Positions 33,749 through 43,429 of a stretch of 64,000 nt of DNA are shown here, piece by piece. The DNA lies in contig DAONZY010000005.1 in assembly GCA_035407085.1 (NCBI GenBank), positions 5,648-69,647 of the forward strand, given 5' to 3'. The first letter of the stretch is position 1, and the number at the start of each line of letters is the position of its first letter. The position numbers and the translations under genes were made by a program. The notes under the pieces are model-generated. The model was given only the letters and a program-made list of their open reading frames with translations. It was not told where the DNA came from and searched no databases. This DNA comes from Deltaproteobacteria bacterium (lineage in GTDB: Bacteria; Desulfobacterota; Desulfuromonadia; Geobacterales; Pseudopelobacteraceae).

Positions 33749-36169
33749 ATGCAAATGCACAGAAACGATATGGCGGATCAAGTGAAGATCATATTGGTGG
33801 AAGACAGTGAGCATGACCTGATTGCCTTCCAACGAGCCTTTCGCAACAATGGGACAGGCTGTGATATCCGGCATTTCACCCGGGCTGAGGATGCGTTGCA
33901 GTGGTTGGATACCGGCGAGCGGTATTTTGATCTGCTGGTCAGTGACTACCGGTTGCCGGGCATGTCCGGGCTGGATTTTTTCCGGCAATACCGCGCCATG
34001 GACATCATGCAGCCCTTTGTGATCATGACCGGCTACGGCTCGGAAAAATTTATAGTAGATGTCTTCAGGGAGGGGGCCGTTGATTATCTGATCAAGGACC
34101 CGGGGCAGTATTACCTGGAGTTGCTGCCGGCAATCCTCGGCGAGGTAGCCAGGAAATACCGTGAACGGGAGACGCGACATCAGGTGGAAACCGCGTTGCG
34201 CAATTCAGAGCGCAGGCTGGCGGATATCATCGATTTTTTGCCCGATGCTACGTTCGCTATTGACCAGGAAGGCAAGGTTATCATCTGGAACCGTATGGCG
34301 GAGGAATTTACCGGCATCATGTCCGAGGAGATGATCGGCAAGGGTAACTACGAGTATTCCATTCCGTTTTACGGCGAGCGTCGGTCTCTGTTGATTGATC
34401 TGCTGTTCAGGCCGTCCGATGAGATCGAAAGCCGCTATCCGTTTATCATCAGGGACGGCAACACGATCAAGGGCGAGGCCTACACTTACCATGTCAGGCG
34501 CGGCGAGGGGTATATGTTCGGAGTGGCCGCACCGTTGTACGATTCCGACGGCAATGTGATCGGCGCCATAGAGACAGTGCGCGATATTACCGATCGCAAG
34601 CAGATCGAGGAGGGGCTGCGCGAGAGTGAGCAGAAGCTGAAATCGGTCGTCAATGGCTCCCCCATACCCCAGTTTGTGATTGACCGAGACCACAGGGTGA
34701 TTTTCTGGAACAGGGCGCTGGAGAAGTTGACCGGCATCAGGAGCGAAGAGGCGATCGGCAGTGTGCGACCATGGCAAAATCGCGGCATGGATAGCCGTCC
34801 CAGCATGGCGGAGATGCTGCTGGACGGCACTCCTGAACGCATCTTTGAGTTGTGCAAGGGTGTCTGCAGCAAATCCCGTCTGATCCCGGACTCCTATGAG
34901 GTAACGGAGTTTTTTCCTGCCCTGGGCAAGGAAGGGCGCTGGGTTTTCATGACTGCTGTCACGATCAGGGATTTCAAAGGTAGTGCTATTGCCGCCATGC
35001 AGACCATGGAAGATGTCACCGAACGAAAAATGATGGAGGAGGAACTGCTCAAGGGACAGAAGCTTGAGTCTCTGGCCCTGCTGGCCGGCGGCATTGCCCA
35101 TGACTATAACAATCTGCTGACCTCCATTATGGGTAATATCTCCTTGGCCAAGCTGTTGACCAAACCTGGAGAAAAGCTTTACGACAGGCTGGATGCGGCC
35201 GAACAGTCTTCATTCAGGGCGCGGAACCTTACTAAGCGCTTGATTACCTTTGCCCGTGGCGGTGCTCCGGTACGCAAGGTGATTGCGCTTGACAGGGTTG
35301 TCCGGGAGTCGGCCGAGCTTTCCATGAGTGGTTCCAAAAACCGTTGTGTGTTTAACATGCAGGAAGATCTGTGGGCGGCCGAGGCCGATGAAGGGCAGAT
35401 CAGTCAGGTTATCAGCAACATGGTGATCAATGCCGATCAGTCGATGATGGATTACGGCACAATCACGATCCGCTGCGGGAATTATGAACATACCGAATCA
35501 GAACATCTGCCTCTCAAGCGGGGCAGGTATGTGAGAATAGATATTGAAGATCAGGGAGCAGGCATACCGGAAGAGTGTCTGGGCAAAATCTTTGATCCCT
35601 ACTATACGACCAGGGAGTCGGGAAAGGGGTTGGGCCTGACGTTGGCCTACTCGATCATTATGAAGCACGACGGCTATATAGGGGTGCGGTCCATGCCGGG
35701 TGCCGGCTCCATCTTCAGTATCTACATCCCGGCGGCAGCATCCCTTGAAACATTACAGCAGGAAGGACAGCCGCCGGCTGTGGTGGGTGGCGGCAAGGTT
35801 CTGATCATGGATGATGAAGAGGTGGTCAGGATGGTGCTGGGTGAGATGCTAAAGCATCTTGGCTATCAGGTGGATTTCTCCGTAAATGGCAATGAAGCGA
35901 TCAACCTGTATGATGCTGCTGCACGATCCGGAAAAAGGTTTGATCTGGTTATCATGGATCTGACCATTCCCGGTGGCATGGGTGGCAAGGAGGCGGTCAA
36001 GCAGCTCAAGGGATTGTATCCCGATGCACGGGTGATTGTGTCCAGCGGCTATTCCAATGACCCGGTCATGTCAAACTATCGCGAGTACGGGTTCTCAGGG
36101 GTCGTGCTCAAGCCCTATCAGGTGGCTGAACTGGCCGGTACGCTGCAGGAAGTGCTGGCGGCTGGATAG
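33749..36169 (+). CDS. Hybrid sensor histidine kinase (REC-PAS-PAS-HisKA-HATPase-REC)
   Basis: The ORF-track start (33671) was trimmed. ATGs at 33749, 33755 and 33770 are all candidates. N-terminal REC (ILVEDSEHD, LLVSDYRLPGMSG). H-box IAHDYNNLL, G2 GKGLGL, and C-terminal REC (LVIMDLTIPGGMGG). Confidence 0.88.
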   Translation: MQMHRNDMADQVKIILVEDSEHDLIAFQRAFRNNGTGCDIRHFTRAEDALQWLDTGERYFDLLVSDYRLPGMSGLDFFRQYRAMDIMQPFVIMTGYGSEKFIVDVFREGAVDYLIKDPGQYYLELLPAILGEVARKYRERETRHQVETALRNSERRLADIIDFLPDATFAIDQEGKVIIWNRMAEEFTGIMSEEMIGKGNYEYSIPFYGERRSLLIDLLFRPSDEIESRYPFIIRDGNTIKGEAYTYHVRRGEGYMFGVAAPLYDSDGNVIGAIETVRDITDRKQIEEGLRESEQKLKSVVNGSPIPQFVIDRDHRVIFWNRALEKLTGIRSEEAIGSVRPWQNRGMDSRPSMAEMLLDGTPERIFELCKGVCSKSRLIPDSYEVTEFFPALGKEGRWVFMTAVTIRDFKGSAIAAMQTMEDVTERKMMEEELLKGQKLESLALLAGGIAHDYNNLLTSIMGNISLAKLLTKPGEKLYDRLDAAEQSSFRARNLTKRLITFARGGAPVRKVIALDRVVRESAELSMSGSKNRCVFNMQEDLWAAEADEGQISQVISNMVINADQSMMDYGTITIRCGNYEHTESEHLPLKRGRYVRIDIEDQGAGIPEECLGKIFDPYYTTRESGKGLGLTLAYSIIMKHDGYIGVRSMPGAGSIFSIYIPAAASLETLQQEGQPPAVVGGGKVLIMDDEEVVRMVLGEMLKHLGYQVDFSVNGNEAINLYDAAARSGKRFDLVIMDLTIPGGMGGKEAVKQLKGLYPDARVIVSSGYSNDPVMSNYREYGFSGVVLKPYQVAELAGTLQEVLAAG

Positions 36170-36251
36170 ATGAAACCGTTTATTCCGTCAGGCAAGGCGC
36201 AGCGGCTGTGCATGCCATCATGGGAAAAAGAGGGCGAATGAAAGTGCCGAC

Positions 36252-38399
36252 ATGATCAATAAAGGCCAGTATAACAGCTCAATTGTCAAGCGGATCGGCA
36301 TCTGGTTCCAGGGCTACCTGGTCTATGCAGGGGCCTCGCTCAGGAACAGACTTTTCGTACTGGCGCTTTTGACGGTGATTGCCGTGCTGCTTGGTGTGGC
36401 TGCTGTCTGGCAGATCGACCACAGGATGCATCGGGTCAGGCAGGCAAAGCGCGCCAGTCATTTGAATGACAACCTGGAGCAGATCCTGATCACCCGCTTC
36501 GGCAATACCTCCGCATTATTAGCCAGGTCAGACGCGGTCATCCGGCTCCTCAAGGGGGAGTTGTCCGATGCGGACCTGCAGGTATCCTTGACTCTGGATA
36601 CGACCCGCACCATCACCGGTGCGGATTTTGTGTATCTGCTCGATGCCGGCGGGGTCTGCATAGCTGCCAGTGAGCACTGGAGCAAGCGGCAGACCATGGG
36701 CAAGCGCCATGATTTCCGCCCCTATTTTCAACAGGCCATGACTGGCAACTCTGCCTTGTATACGGCGGTAGGCAGCACAACCAGGGAGCGAGGGGTCTAC
36801 TTTGCATATCCAGTCAAAGACCCGGTCAGCAGCAAGCCGATTGGTGTTGCCGTAGTCAAGGTCGGGATGGAAGAGTTGGACAAGTTGTTTCTGGCCCAGG
36901 AAGACAGGGTGCTGCTGGTATCTCCAGACGGGGTGATTTTTGCCACCAATCATCCGGCATGGCTCTACCGGACTACGTCCCGCCTGTCAGACGAGACCAA
37001 GGTACGCCTCTCCAGAGAAAGACAGTTTCCGGACGCATCTCTTCTCCGCCCGATACCGGTCGACATCACTGATGCTTACAAGCGGGTTCGGATCGGCGCG
37101 TCCTTTTATGATATGCACAAACAACCTGCGGCGATTCCCGGCTGGCAGCTTGTTACCATGAGCAGGCATGCATTCCCTGTCAGCGGTACTATTGCCACCA
37201 GCATTATTGGCCTTTGCGTGGCGCTGGTGTTTTTGCTCTATCTGGTCAGTCAGGATAAAAAACGCCGGCTGCAGTCCAGCTATGACATGCAGTCCCTGGA
37301 TCTGACCAGGACACGCAATGATCTGCTTAAAAGCGAGGCCATGCTCCAGTCTGTAGTGGAAGATCAGGCCGAACTGATCTGCAGGTTTGATATTCAGTGG
37401 CGGATCAGGTTTGCTAATAGTGCTTATTGCCGCTATTTTGGCAGGCAGCGGGATGTGCTGATCGGCAGCCAATTTGATATGCACTGTGTCGGTGAGGATC
37501 GGGACGCCGTAATGGAGTGCCTTGATCAGCTTTCACAAGACGCCCCGGTTGGATCTGTTGAGTACAGGGCCGAGTTGCCTGGCGGCGGTTTGCGCTGGCA
37601 TGCCGCCACCATCCGCAAGATTTTTGACGAATCAGGCAATCCAAGTGAATACCAGTTTGTGTTGCGTGATATTACCGAGCGCCAGCAGAGCGCTGAGGCA
37701 CTTAAAGATGCGAACGCGGAACTGTCCCAGTATGCCTATGTGATTTCCCATGACTTGCGGGCGCCATTGCGGGCGATCCACAACTATGCCGATTTTCTGC
37801 GCGAGGACTTGCAGGATACCCTGGAAGGCGACCAACGCTTGTATCTGGATCGGCTCGACAAGGCCATACATGAGGCGGAAATGTTGATCGATGATGTGCT
37901 GGTGCTTTCCCGGGTCAGCCATTGCAATATCAGCCCGGCCAGCACGGATAGCGGACACCTGCTGGACCAGCTTGTCTCTGCCCTGGAGCTGCCCGGAGAT
38001 GTCAGGGTGGTTCGACATGGTTCGGACTGGCCGGTGGTCGAGGCAGAGCCGGTGCTGCTCAGACAGATCTTTCAGAACCTGATCCTGAATGGGGCCAAAT
38101 ACAACAACTCGACTGAAAAGCTGGTAGAGTTGTCCTGCGCACCGGACGGGAAGGGCCGCTATGTATTCAGCGTGCGGGACAACGGTATCGGCATTGACAA
38201 ACGCTATCACGAGCAGATTTTTCGCGTCTTTGAGCGGCTGCATACCCGCCAGGAATATGAAGGCACCGGAGCCGGGCTGGCGATCGTCAAAAAGGCCGTA
38301 CAACGGCTGCACGGCACTGTAAGCCTTGAGTCGGAACCGGGCAATGGCAGCACATTCCATGTGATTCTGCCAGAAAAACAAGGGGAGACAGAACCATGA
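36252..38399 (+). CDS. Membrane sensor histidine kinase (extracytoplasmic Cache-like domain, PAS, HisKA, HATPase)
   Basis: 715 aa. Two TM segments bracket a roughly 270-aa domain. H-box ISHDLRAPLRAI; ATPase DNGIGID and GTGAGLA. Confidence 0.88.
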   Translation: MINKGQYNSSIVKRIGIWFQGYLVYAGASLRNRLFVLALLTVIAVLLGVAAVWQIDHRMHRVRQAKRASHLNDNLEQILITRFGNTSALLARSDAVIRLLKGELSDADLQVSLTLDTTRTITGADFVYLLDAGGVCIAASEHWSKRQTMGKRHDFRPYFQQAMTGNSALYTAVGSTTRERGVYFAYPVKDPVSSKPIGVAVVKVGMEELDKLFLAQEDRVLLVSPDGVIFATNHPAWLYRTTSRLSDETKVRLSRERQFPDASLLRPIPVDITDAYKRVRIGASFYDMHKQPAAIPGWQLVTMSRHAFPVSGTIATSIIGLCVALVFLLYLVSQDKKRRLQSSYDMQSLDLTRTRNDLLKSEAMLQSVVEDQAELICRFDIQWRIRFANSAYCRYFGRQRDVLIGSQFDMHCVGEDRDAVMECLDQLSQDAPVGSVEYRAELPGGGLRWHAATIRKIFDESGNPSEYQFVLRDITERQQSAEALKDANAELSQYAYVISHDLRAPLRAIHNYADFLREDLQDTLEGDQRLYLDRLDKAIHEAEMLIDDVLVLSRVSHCNISPASTDSGHLLDQLVSALELPGDVRVVRHGSDWPVVEAEPVLLRQIFQNLILNGAKYNNSTEKLVELSCAPDGKGRYVFSVRDNGIGIDKRYHEQIFRVFERLHTRQEYEGTGAGLAIVKKAVQRLHGTVSLESEPGNGSTFHVILPEKQGETEP

Positions 38400-38833
38400 T
38401 CAAGGAGCCGTTTGTCGTGCTGCTGGCCGAAGACAACGAGGATGACATCCTGGCCACCCGGCGCGCATGGAAAAAAAACAACATCGCCAACCCTCTGTAT
38501 ATCGTCAATACCGGCGAGGAGTGTCTGGACTACCTCTATCAGCGCGGAAAATATGCCGCGCCGGGCAGCGCGCCGCGTCCAGGCATACTGCTGCTGGATA
38601 TCAAGATGCCGCGCATGGACGGTCTGACGGTCATTGAACATATCCGGTCCGATGAGAAGCTGCGGCGGTTGCCGATCGTAATTCTGACCAGCTCCAAGAT
38701 GGAGGAGGATCGGCTCAAGGGTTATGATCTGGGGGCCAACGCCTATATCACCAAGCCGGTAGGATTTGATAACTTCAGTGAGGCGGTCAGGGCGATTCAT
38801 ATGTTCTGGGCGCTGGTGGAACTGCCGGAATAA
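38396..38833 (+). CDS. Stand-alone response regulator receiver protein (Rcp1-like)
   Basis: 145 aa. ATGA overlap with the kinase stop. LLAEDNEDD and LLLDIKMPRMDG motifs; conserved K in ITKP. Confidence 0.9.
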   Translation: MIKEPFVVLLAEDNEDDILATRRAWKKNNIANPLYIVNTGEECLDYLYQRGKYAAPGSAPRPGILLLDIKMPRMDGLTVIEHIRSDEKLRRLPIVILTSSKMEEDRLKGYDLGANAYITKPVGFDNFSEAVRAIHMFWALVELPE

Positions 38834-38855
38834 ATCGGATCAAAAGGGGTGAGTT

Positions 38856-40486
38856 ATGCTTCAGAATATAAGGATTGGTACGAGACTGACTTTCGGTTTT
38901 TTGCTGGTTGCGTTGATTACCTTTGCAATCGGACTGTTTGGCTACCTGCAGGTTAACGGCTTAAGTGAAAAAAATGCCCTGCTGTTTGAAAATGGGACGG
39001 TTCCGCTGGAATGCATTGGCGAGATCAACGCCACAGGCAACAGGATCAGGGTGCTTTACACCCGGGATGTGCTCAATCGGGTGGATGCCAAGACCTTTGA
39101 GAAAACCCATGCCAGGATTGCAAATTCCGCTCTTCTGTTGAAGAGAGCGTGAAAAGGCTGGAAAAAACACTCCCCAATGATGAGGCTAAAAAGCTGTTTG
39201 CAGATTTCAAGGCTGCCCATGACAAGTTCAATCCGCTTATGGACAAGATCTTCCAGGCCGCTCGCAGTGGCAACTACGATGAGGCGTTGGAGCTGACCAG
39301 CACCAACGGTGCGGCTACAGCGGCAGCGAGGGTTGAGATAGCGTCGGTGGATAAACTCTCCGATTTTCTCGTCAAGAATGCAAAGACAATTTCAGACAGC
39401 AATGCCGTGGCTGCCAAACGTGCCGGCCTGATCATGCTGACCATGTCGTTTGCCGGTGCAGCCATTGCTTTTCTGCTGGGTTTTTTGATCTCGAAGAGTA
39501 TTACCACACCGGTTTCTGAGCTGGTCAATTGCGCCCGTCAGGTGGCTGATGGTGATTTGCGCGTCAAGATAGAAAACAGTACTGAAGACGAAGTCGGGCA
39601 GTTGGCGGAAGCGTTTCGTGCCATGAACGATAACCTTAAGCATGCTATTGAACAGGTTGCCTCAACTTCTGTCACGCTTGCTTCGGCAGCCAGTCAGCTT
39701 CAGAGCAGTTCCGTCGTCATATCCACATCGACTGAAGAGGTTGCAGCCCAGAGTAATACGGTTGCCACGGCCAGCGAAGAAATGGCGGCCACATCCAACG
39801 ATATCGCTGGTAACTGCCACATGGCGGCTGATCGTGCAAAACATGCCGCTGACACCACCCAGAAGGGGTTTGAGGTGGTCAGACGCACTGTTGATGGTAT
39901 TCGGAGCCGGGGTGAAGGCACCAAAACCAATGCCAGGATGGTGGCCACATTGGGTGAACGTTCCGACCAGATTGGCGCGATCGTGGCAACTATCGAAGAT
40001 ATTGCTGACCAGACAAACCTGCTGGCATTAAACGCCGCCATTGAAGCGGCCCGTGCCGGTGAGCAGGGGCGTGGCTTTGCTGTGGTGGCGGACGAGGTCA
40101 GGGCGCTTGCCGAAAGGACTTCCCGTGCAACCAAGGAGATCGGAGAGATGATCCGCGCAATTCAGAATGAAACCAGGAGTGCAATTACTTCAATGGAGGA
40201 TGAGGTCAAGGGTACCGAGCGAGGCGTTAACGAAGCGGGAGAACTGGAAGGCGCCTTGCATGAAATCCTGGATCAGGTCAACGCCATGACCATGCAGATG
40301 AGTCAGATAGCGACAGCGGCTGAGGAACAAAATGCCACTACCAGCGACATTACAAGCAATATTCACCAGATCAGTGATGTGATTCAGCAGACATCCAGTA
40401 GCGTTGCCGACTCTGCTCGGGCCGCCTCCGCACTCTCCATAAAGGCGGAAGAGCTTAAGGCGGTTGTAGGCAGATTCAGGCTTTAG
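38856..40486 (+). pseudogene. Methyl-accepting chemotaxis protein (4-helix-bundle sensor, HAMP, MA domain) interrupted by a 1-nt frameshift near 39122-39124
   Basis: ORF 38856-39152 encodes TM1 and the first sensor helices. ORF 39149-40486 encodes the rest, including TM2, HAMP and the hairpin core [34 protein letters not shown]. The downstream frame is already open from 39101 and reads sensibly ([18 protein letters not shown]). Confidence 0.8.
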
Positions 40487-40530
40487 CCGGGAAAGTATTG
40501 CAAATTGCGGTCAGTTTGTTTGCGGGTTTC

Positions 40531-40572
40531 GAAAAGCCATTTCTCTCAAAGGAATGGCTTTTCTGTGTTTAT
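40531..40572 (+). terminator. Rho-independent terminator after the MCP gene
   Basis: GAAAAGCCATT (40531-40541) pairs with AATGGCTTTTC (40553-40563) and is followed by a T-rich tail. Confidence 0.75.
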
Positions 40573-40597
40573 TGGGATAAAACGGAAGGCAGAAATT

Positions 40598-41692
40598 ATG
40601 TCAGCACTGTTGCCGCACGGAGGATGGGGGATGGTGTCAGGTTGTTTTGAGGCATGCTCTGATTGCTGTAGATCTGCCATACGCGCTTTGCCCCGTCTGC
40701 TGTTGACGGGCTGTATCTGCCTGGTTCTGTCCGCTTGCACTGTCCCGTCTGCTCTCCCTGATTATAAAATACTTGATATCTACGCTTTTCGCCCCGGTGC
40801 TTCTCTGGTCGGACGCGTAGGTCTGCCACCTGCGCCCCTGTTGGATGCCCTGCAACTTTCCGACGGCCGTCCGGATTACCGGGCCTATCGTCCCACGTCA
40901 GCGGACATGGTCCAGATCGGCGCAGCACTGAATGAGCTGCCTGATCGTCAGCGCAGGGCCATGCTTGCAAGACTGGCCGGTATCTATTTTGTCTCCAATC
41001 TTTCCAGCGGCGGATATTCGGATTATGTCTATGGCCATGATGGCACGCTGCATACTGTTCTCGTGCTGAATCCTGCCATTTTGCGTGTATCCATGTCCCA
41101 ATGGATAAGGGACAAGGAACTGAGCGCGTTCAGGGATGACGGCAGCGGGGTGACGATTGATGTGGATTGCGGTGATGACGATCGCAGTGCCCTGCTGTAC
41201 ATCCTGCTGCACGAGTCCGGGCATCTGCTGGACTATGTGGCCGGCTGCACCCCTTATGTGGAAAAGCCTCTGGCCGCGTCTGGCAAACCGCTGAAGCTTG
41301 TGCCGTTTGTTGCTGCAGCCTGGCGCAATTATGATCGGCCGCTGCCGGTCTTTGATTTTTCTGGCCGCAACCGTTACCGCTTTTATGGGGCAGCGCCAGA
41401 CGCACAGCGCCCTCTGGGCGAACTGCCGCAGGCCTATCGACACCTGGCGTCGACACCTTTTCAGCTGTTGTATGCCAGCCAGAACTGGGCTGAGGACTTT
41501 GCCGAGACAGTGGCTTTCAGTGAATTTAAACGCATCACCGGCAGGGAGTGCCGCATCAGGATCAGCCAGCCGGGCAAGCCGGATTTTGAGTTCAGCCTGC
41601 TGGATCGACCTGCTGTTCAGGCTAGGCTGCCGCTTCTGTATTCTTCTTGCAACAGCATGCAGAGCGGTGGCGACCCGGCCGCACTCAGATAA
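40598..41692 (+). CDS. Hypothetical lipoprotein with an HExxH zincin-type motif
   Basis: Trimmed to the ATG at 40598 because the ORF-track start (40505) would include the upstream terminator. GGAAGG lies upstream. Signal peptide with lipobox LSAC. HESGH motif within LLYILLHESGHLLDY. Downstream acidic NWAEDFAE. I recognise no family. Confidence 0.6.
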   Translation: MSALLPHGGWGMVSGCFEACSDCCRSAIRALPRLLLTGCICLVLSACTVPSALPDYKILDIYAFRPGASLVGRVGLPPAPLLDALQLSDGRPDYRAYRPTSADMVQIGAALNELPDRQRRAMLARLAGIYFVSNLSSGGYSDYVYGHDGTLHTVLVLNPAILRVSMSQWIRDKELSAFRDDGSGVTIDVDCGDDDRSALLYILLHESGHLLDYVAGCTPYVEKPLAASGKPLKLVPFVAAAWRNYDRPLPVFDFSGRNRYRFYGAAPDAQRPLGELPQAYRHLASTPFQLLYASQNWAEDFAETVAFSEFKRITGRECRIRISQPGKPDFEFSLLDRPAVQARLPLLYSSCNSMQSGGDPAALR

Positions 41693-41721
41693 GATTTCAA
41701 AGGAAACGGAGATATTTGACT

Positions 41722-42315
41722 ATGCAATGTGCAAACTGCAAACACAACAAATGCTATACCTCGGGACAGAACTGTACCCGCCTGACCGTGGATCAGGTGG
41801 TCGAGCAGTACCAGGGGCTGGATGGTCGTATCATGCAGGCGGCTGGACGAGTGGAGGCTCGTAACTACATGCAGATGACGCGGCTTGAGGAGAGTGTCGA
41901 GTTTGCCAGGCAGATGGATGTGAAAACGGTAGGTCTGGCATTTTGTATCGGCTTTACCCAGGAAGCCTGGCTGATCTCGGCCTACTTCGAAAAGTTTTTC
42001 AAGGTACATTCGGTCTGCTGCAAGGTGTGCAGCGTGGGCAAGGAAGAGCTGGGGCTGGAGCAGATCAAGCCTGGTACCCATGAGGCCATGTGCAATCCCA
42101 AGATACAGGCCGCTATCCTGGCAGACAATGGTACGGAGCTGAATTTTACAATTGGTCTGTGCGTAGGGCATGACATGCTGTTCAACTCTGCTTCCGCAGC
42201 GCCGGTTTCTACCTTGGCAGTCAAGGATCGCGTGCTGGCCCACAACCCGTTGGGAGCGGTTTATTCCAGGTACTGGCGCCGGAAACTGGGCATCAATCCG
42301 GACGGTCAGGTTTAG
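41722..42315 (+). CDS. DUF1847-like cysteine-rich, putative metal-binding protein
   Basis: Trimmed to the ATG at 41722 (MQCANCKHNKCYTSGQNC). Blocks GLAFCIGF, CCKVC, MCNP, GLCVGHD and KDRVLAHNP match my recollection of the DUF1847 family. Confidence 0.65.
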   Translation: MQCANCKHNKCYTSGQNCTRLTVDQVVEQYQGLDGRIMQAAGRVEARNYMQMTRLEESVEFARQMDVKTVGLAFCIGFTQEAWLISAYFEKFFKVHSVCCKVCSVGKEELGLEQIKPGTHEAMCNPKIQAAILADNGTELNFTIGLCVGHDMLFNSASAAPVSTLAVKDRVLAHNPLGAVYSRYWRRKLGINPDGQV

Positions 42316-42346
42316 TACTCGAGCCTTTAGCTTTGAGCCATGAACA

Positions 42347-43234
42347 ATGAACCAATACCTTGATCTGTTCATAAGCTATCTGGTTGTGGAAAAGGGGCTT
42401 TCCGCCAACACCCAGGAGGCATACAGCCGCGACCTGTCGCGTTATCTTGACTTCCTGGAACGGCGTGGACGTCATGCTCCGGAGGATGTGCATCCGGCTG
42501 ATATAGCCGATTTGCTGGGAACGCTAAAAGAACGGGGAATCTCCCCGCGCAGCCGGGCACGCTGTCTTTCGGCTATTCGCATGTTCCACCGCTTCCTGAT
42601 GGTGGAAAATTATGCCAGTGCCAATCCCTCCTCGATCATCGAGGCACCCCGCAGCCTGCACAAACTCCCGGAGTTTCTCACCTTTCAGGAAGTGGAGGCT
42701 CTGTTTGCCGCCTGCTGTGGCGAGACGGGCGAGGATCTGCGCGATCTGGCAATGCTGGAACTGCTTTATGCTACTGGTCTGCGTGTCTCGGAACTGGTTA
42801 ATCTCAAGCTTCGTGAGGTCAATCTGGAGGCCGGCTATCTGATGACTGTCGGCAAAGGTAATAAGGAGCGGCTTGTGCCGATCGGTGAGTCGGCCTGTCA
42901 GCGGGTCGTGGATTACCTGGCCCGGGTACGTTGCAGGCAGGACCGCAGTGCCGGCAGCCTGTTCCTTTTTCTTTCACGTCTGGGAGCGGTCATGAGCAGA
43001 CAAGCCTTCTGGAGCATTGTCAAGAAGCGTTCACTCATGGCCGGTATTCACAAGAATATCTCCCCTCACACCCTGCGGCACTCATTCGCCACCCACCTGC
43101 TGGAGAACGGCGCCGACCTGCGCAGTGTGCAGATCATGCTCGGCCATGCCGATCTTTCCACGACCCAGATCTACACCCATGTCACCCGTGAACGGCTCAA
43201 GCGCCTGCACGAGCAGATCCATCCCCGTGGGTGA
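42347..43234 (+). CDS. xerD: Site-specific tyrosine recombinase XerD
   Basis: 295 aa. SAM-like N-terminal domain (YLVVEKGLSANTQEAYSRDL). Catalytic R..HxxR..Y context (LRHSFATHLL, HADLSTTQIYTH). Confidence 0.88.
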   Translation: MNQYLDLFISYLVVEKGLSANTQEAYSRDLSRYLDFLERRGRHAPEDVHPADIADLLGTLKERGISPRSRARCLSAIRMFHRFLMVENYASANPSSIIEAPRSLHKLPEFLTFQEVEALFAACCGETGEDLRDLAMLELLYATGLRVSELVNLKLREVNLEAGYLMTVGKGNKERLVPIGESACQRVVDYLARVRCRQDRSAGSLFLFLSRLGAVMSRQAFWSIVKKRSLMAGIHKNISPHTLRHSFATHLLENGADLRSVQIMLGHADLSTTQIYTHVTRERLKRLHEQIHPRG

Positions 43235-43285
43235 ACCGGGTGATTGCCCCGGACCCGGGACGGGTCGTGCTTGCCATGATTAACC

Positions 43286-43314
43286 TTGAAAAAACAGTCA
43301 TATTCCTGTATAAA
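43286..43314 (+). promoter_or_regulatory. Candidate sigma70-type promoter upstream of the MBL hydrolase gene
   Basis: TTGAAA (43286-43291), a 17-nt spacer, then TATAAA (43309-43314). Confidence 0.4.
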
Positions 43315-43429
43315 ATTTGACTGGTTTTTTGCCGCAAAGACGCCCAACGGCGTTCATTATAAACATTTTCTTGCCAACAATTTTCTGAAGCGACTGAAAC
43401 TTCTTTCAACCGAAAATCCGGGAGCCTGT

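Noticed and set aside
38856-39152. Treating the 98-aa ORF and the 445-aa ORF as two genuine separate genes
   Set aside because: The first is just TM1 plus part of a sensor bundle, with no independent function. The second lacks TM1. The downstream frame continues sensibly upstream of its GTG. A frameshifted single MCP fits better.
40505-40597. ORF-track N-terminal extensions (for example 40505, 41647, 43286, 56135, 33671, 33566, 7217, 8132, 60233, 61395)
   Set aside because: The extensions run through terminators, upstream stop regions or SD sequences and add non-conserved residues. Internal starts with proper SD spacing reproduce the canonical family N-termini.
42347-43234. Tyrosine recombinase as a marker of a mobile element or integron
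   Set aside because: The full-length sequence and N-terminus are typical of housekeeping XerD. There are no flanking repeats, att-like sites, cargo genes or compositional break.
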